DNA from: Squalus acanthias
Taxonomy: Eukaryota
Direction of reading: 5' to 3'
NCBI GenBank assembly: GCA_030390025.1
Contig: JASTWF010000121.1
Span: forward strand, 310,001-374,000
Length of the DNA: 64,000 bases
Part shown: positions 63,599-64,000 of the stretch, piece after piece
Numbering within the stretch: the stretch's first letter is position 1
How the letters are laid out: every line of letters begins with the position of its first letter
The notes under the pieces: generated by a model
Told to the model about the DNA's origin: nothing
Seen by the model: only the letters and a program-made list of their open reading frames with translations
The model's database searches: none
Made by a program: the position numbers and the translations under genes

Positions 63599-64000
63599 CC
63601 ACTGTGCTCCCGTTCCCCACTTCACCTGTCGGCTGGATTGTACGAATTCACACCCCCAGTGTGGAGCTTTGTGTGCAAGGAGCGCTGATCGGAAATTCAG
63701 GCGGGAATGTCAGCAGCTCCCACAGGATTTTGGGTATCCATTAATGAGGATCGCAAATTCCTGAAATCTACTTCCATGTATTGCTGTCCTGGAGCGGGTC
63801 TTGAAACTTCAATCTGCTAACTCGGGGACTAGGACTGGGACACGGAGCAGCTCGCCCTCTTCCCCTTCACAGTCACGTCTAATATGACCATGAGACTCAT
63901 CATTTGTAACCACACTTTCTTCATACTTATCTTATTAAAGTTTATGCAGAATGTATAAAAACGGAAATTTAAGTTGTGTAGAAGTGGCTGAAACCTCTTG

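Overview
Repeat-rich vertebrate genomic DNA, very probably a shark or other chondrichthyan (HE1-like V-SINE, DeuSINEs, shark-type CR1 and Penelope elements), with one assembly gap (27649-28441). A + strand immune-receptor gene is hidden in the repeats, and the ORF track shows almost none of it. It has one germline-joined, antigen-receptor-like VJ Ig exon (2380-2727) followed by two complete, phase-compatible transmembrane plus cytoplasmic cassettes. Cassette A (11023-25404) gives TM, YDNL and an intron-split ITAM (YMAL-x7-YSEL). Cassette B (38073-50176) gives TM and three ITIM-type motifs (IVYATL, IHYAVL, SEYAAV). No second Ig exon is visible between the cassettes, so the simplest reading is one ligand-binding domain spliced to either an activating or an inhibitory tail, i.e. 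a paired receptor in a single gene. The main caveat is that the gap could hide a second V exon. A full-length endogenous retrovirus (14171-22813) sits in the intron that splits the ITAM. It has a tRNA-Ser PBS, broken gag-pol, an intact env, a small TM accessory ORF and an unusual 18-bp flanking duplication that copies the splice donor. A second, degraded retrovirus-like element with a non-gamma env lies on the minus strand (about 54100-60450). The rest is LINEs, SINEs, Penelope, Harbinger/MITEs and minisatellites. Exon joins were deduced by hand from splice signals and codon phase, not from transcripts.
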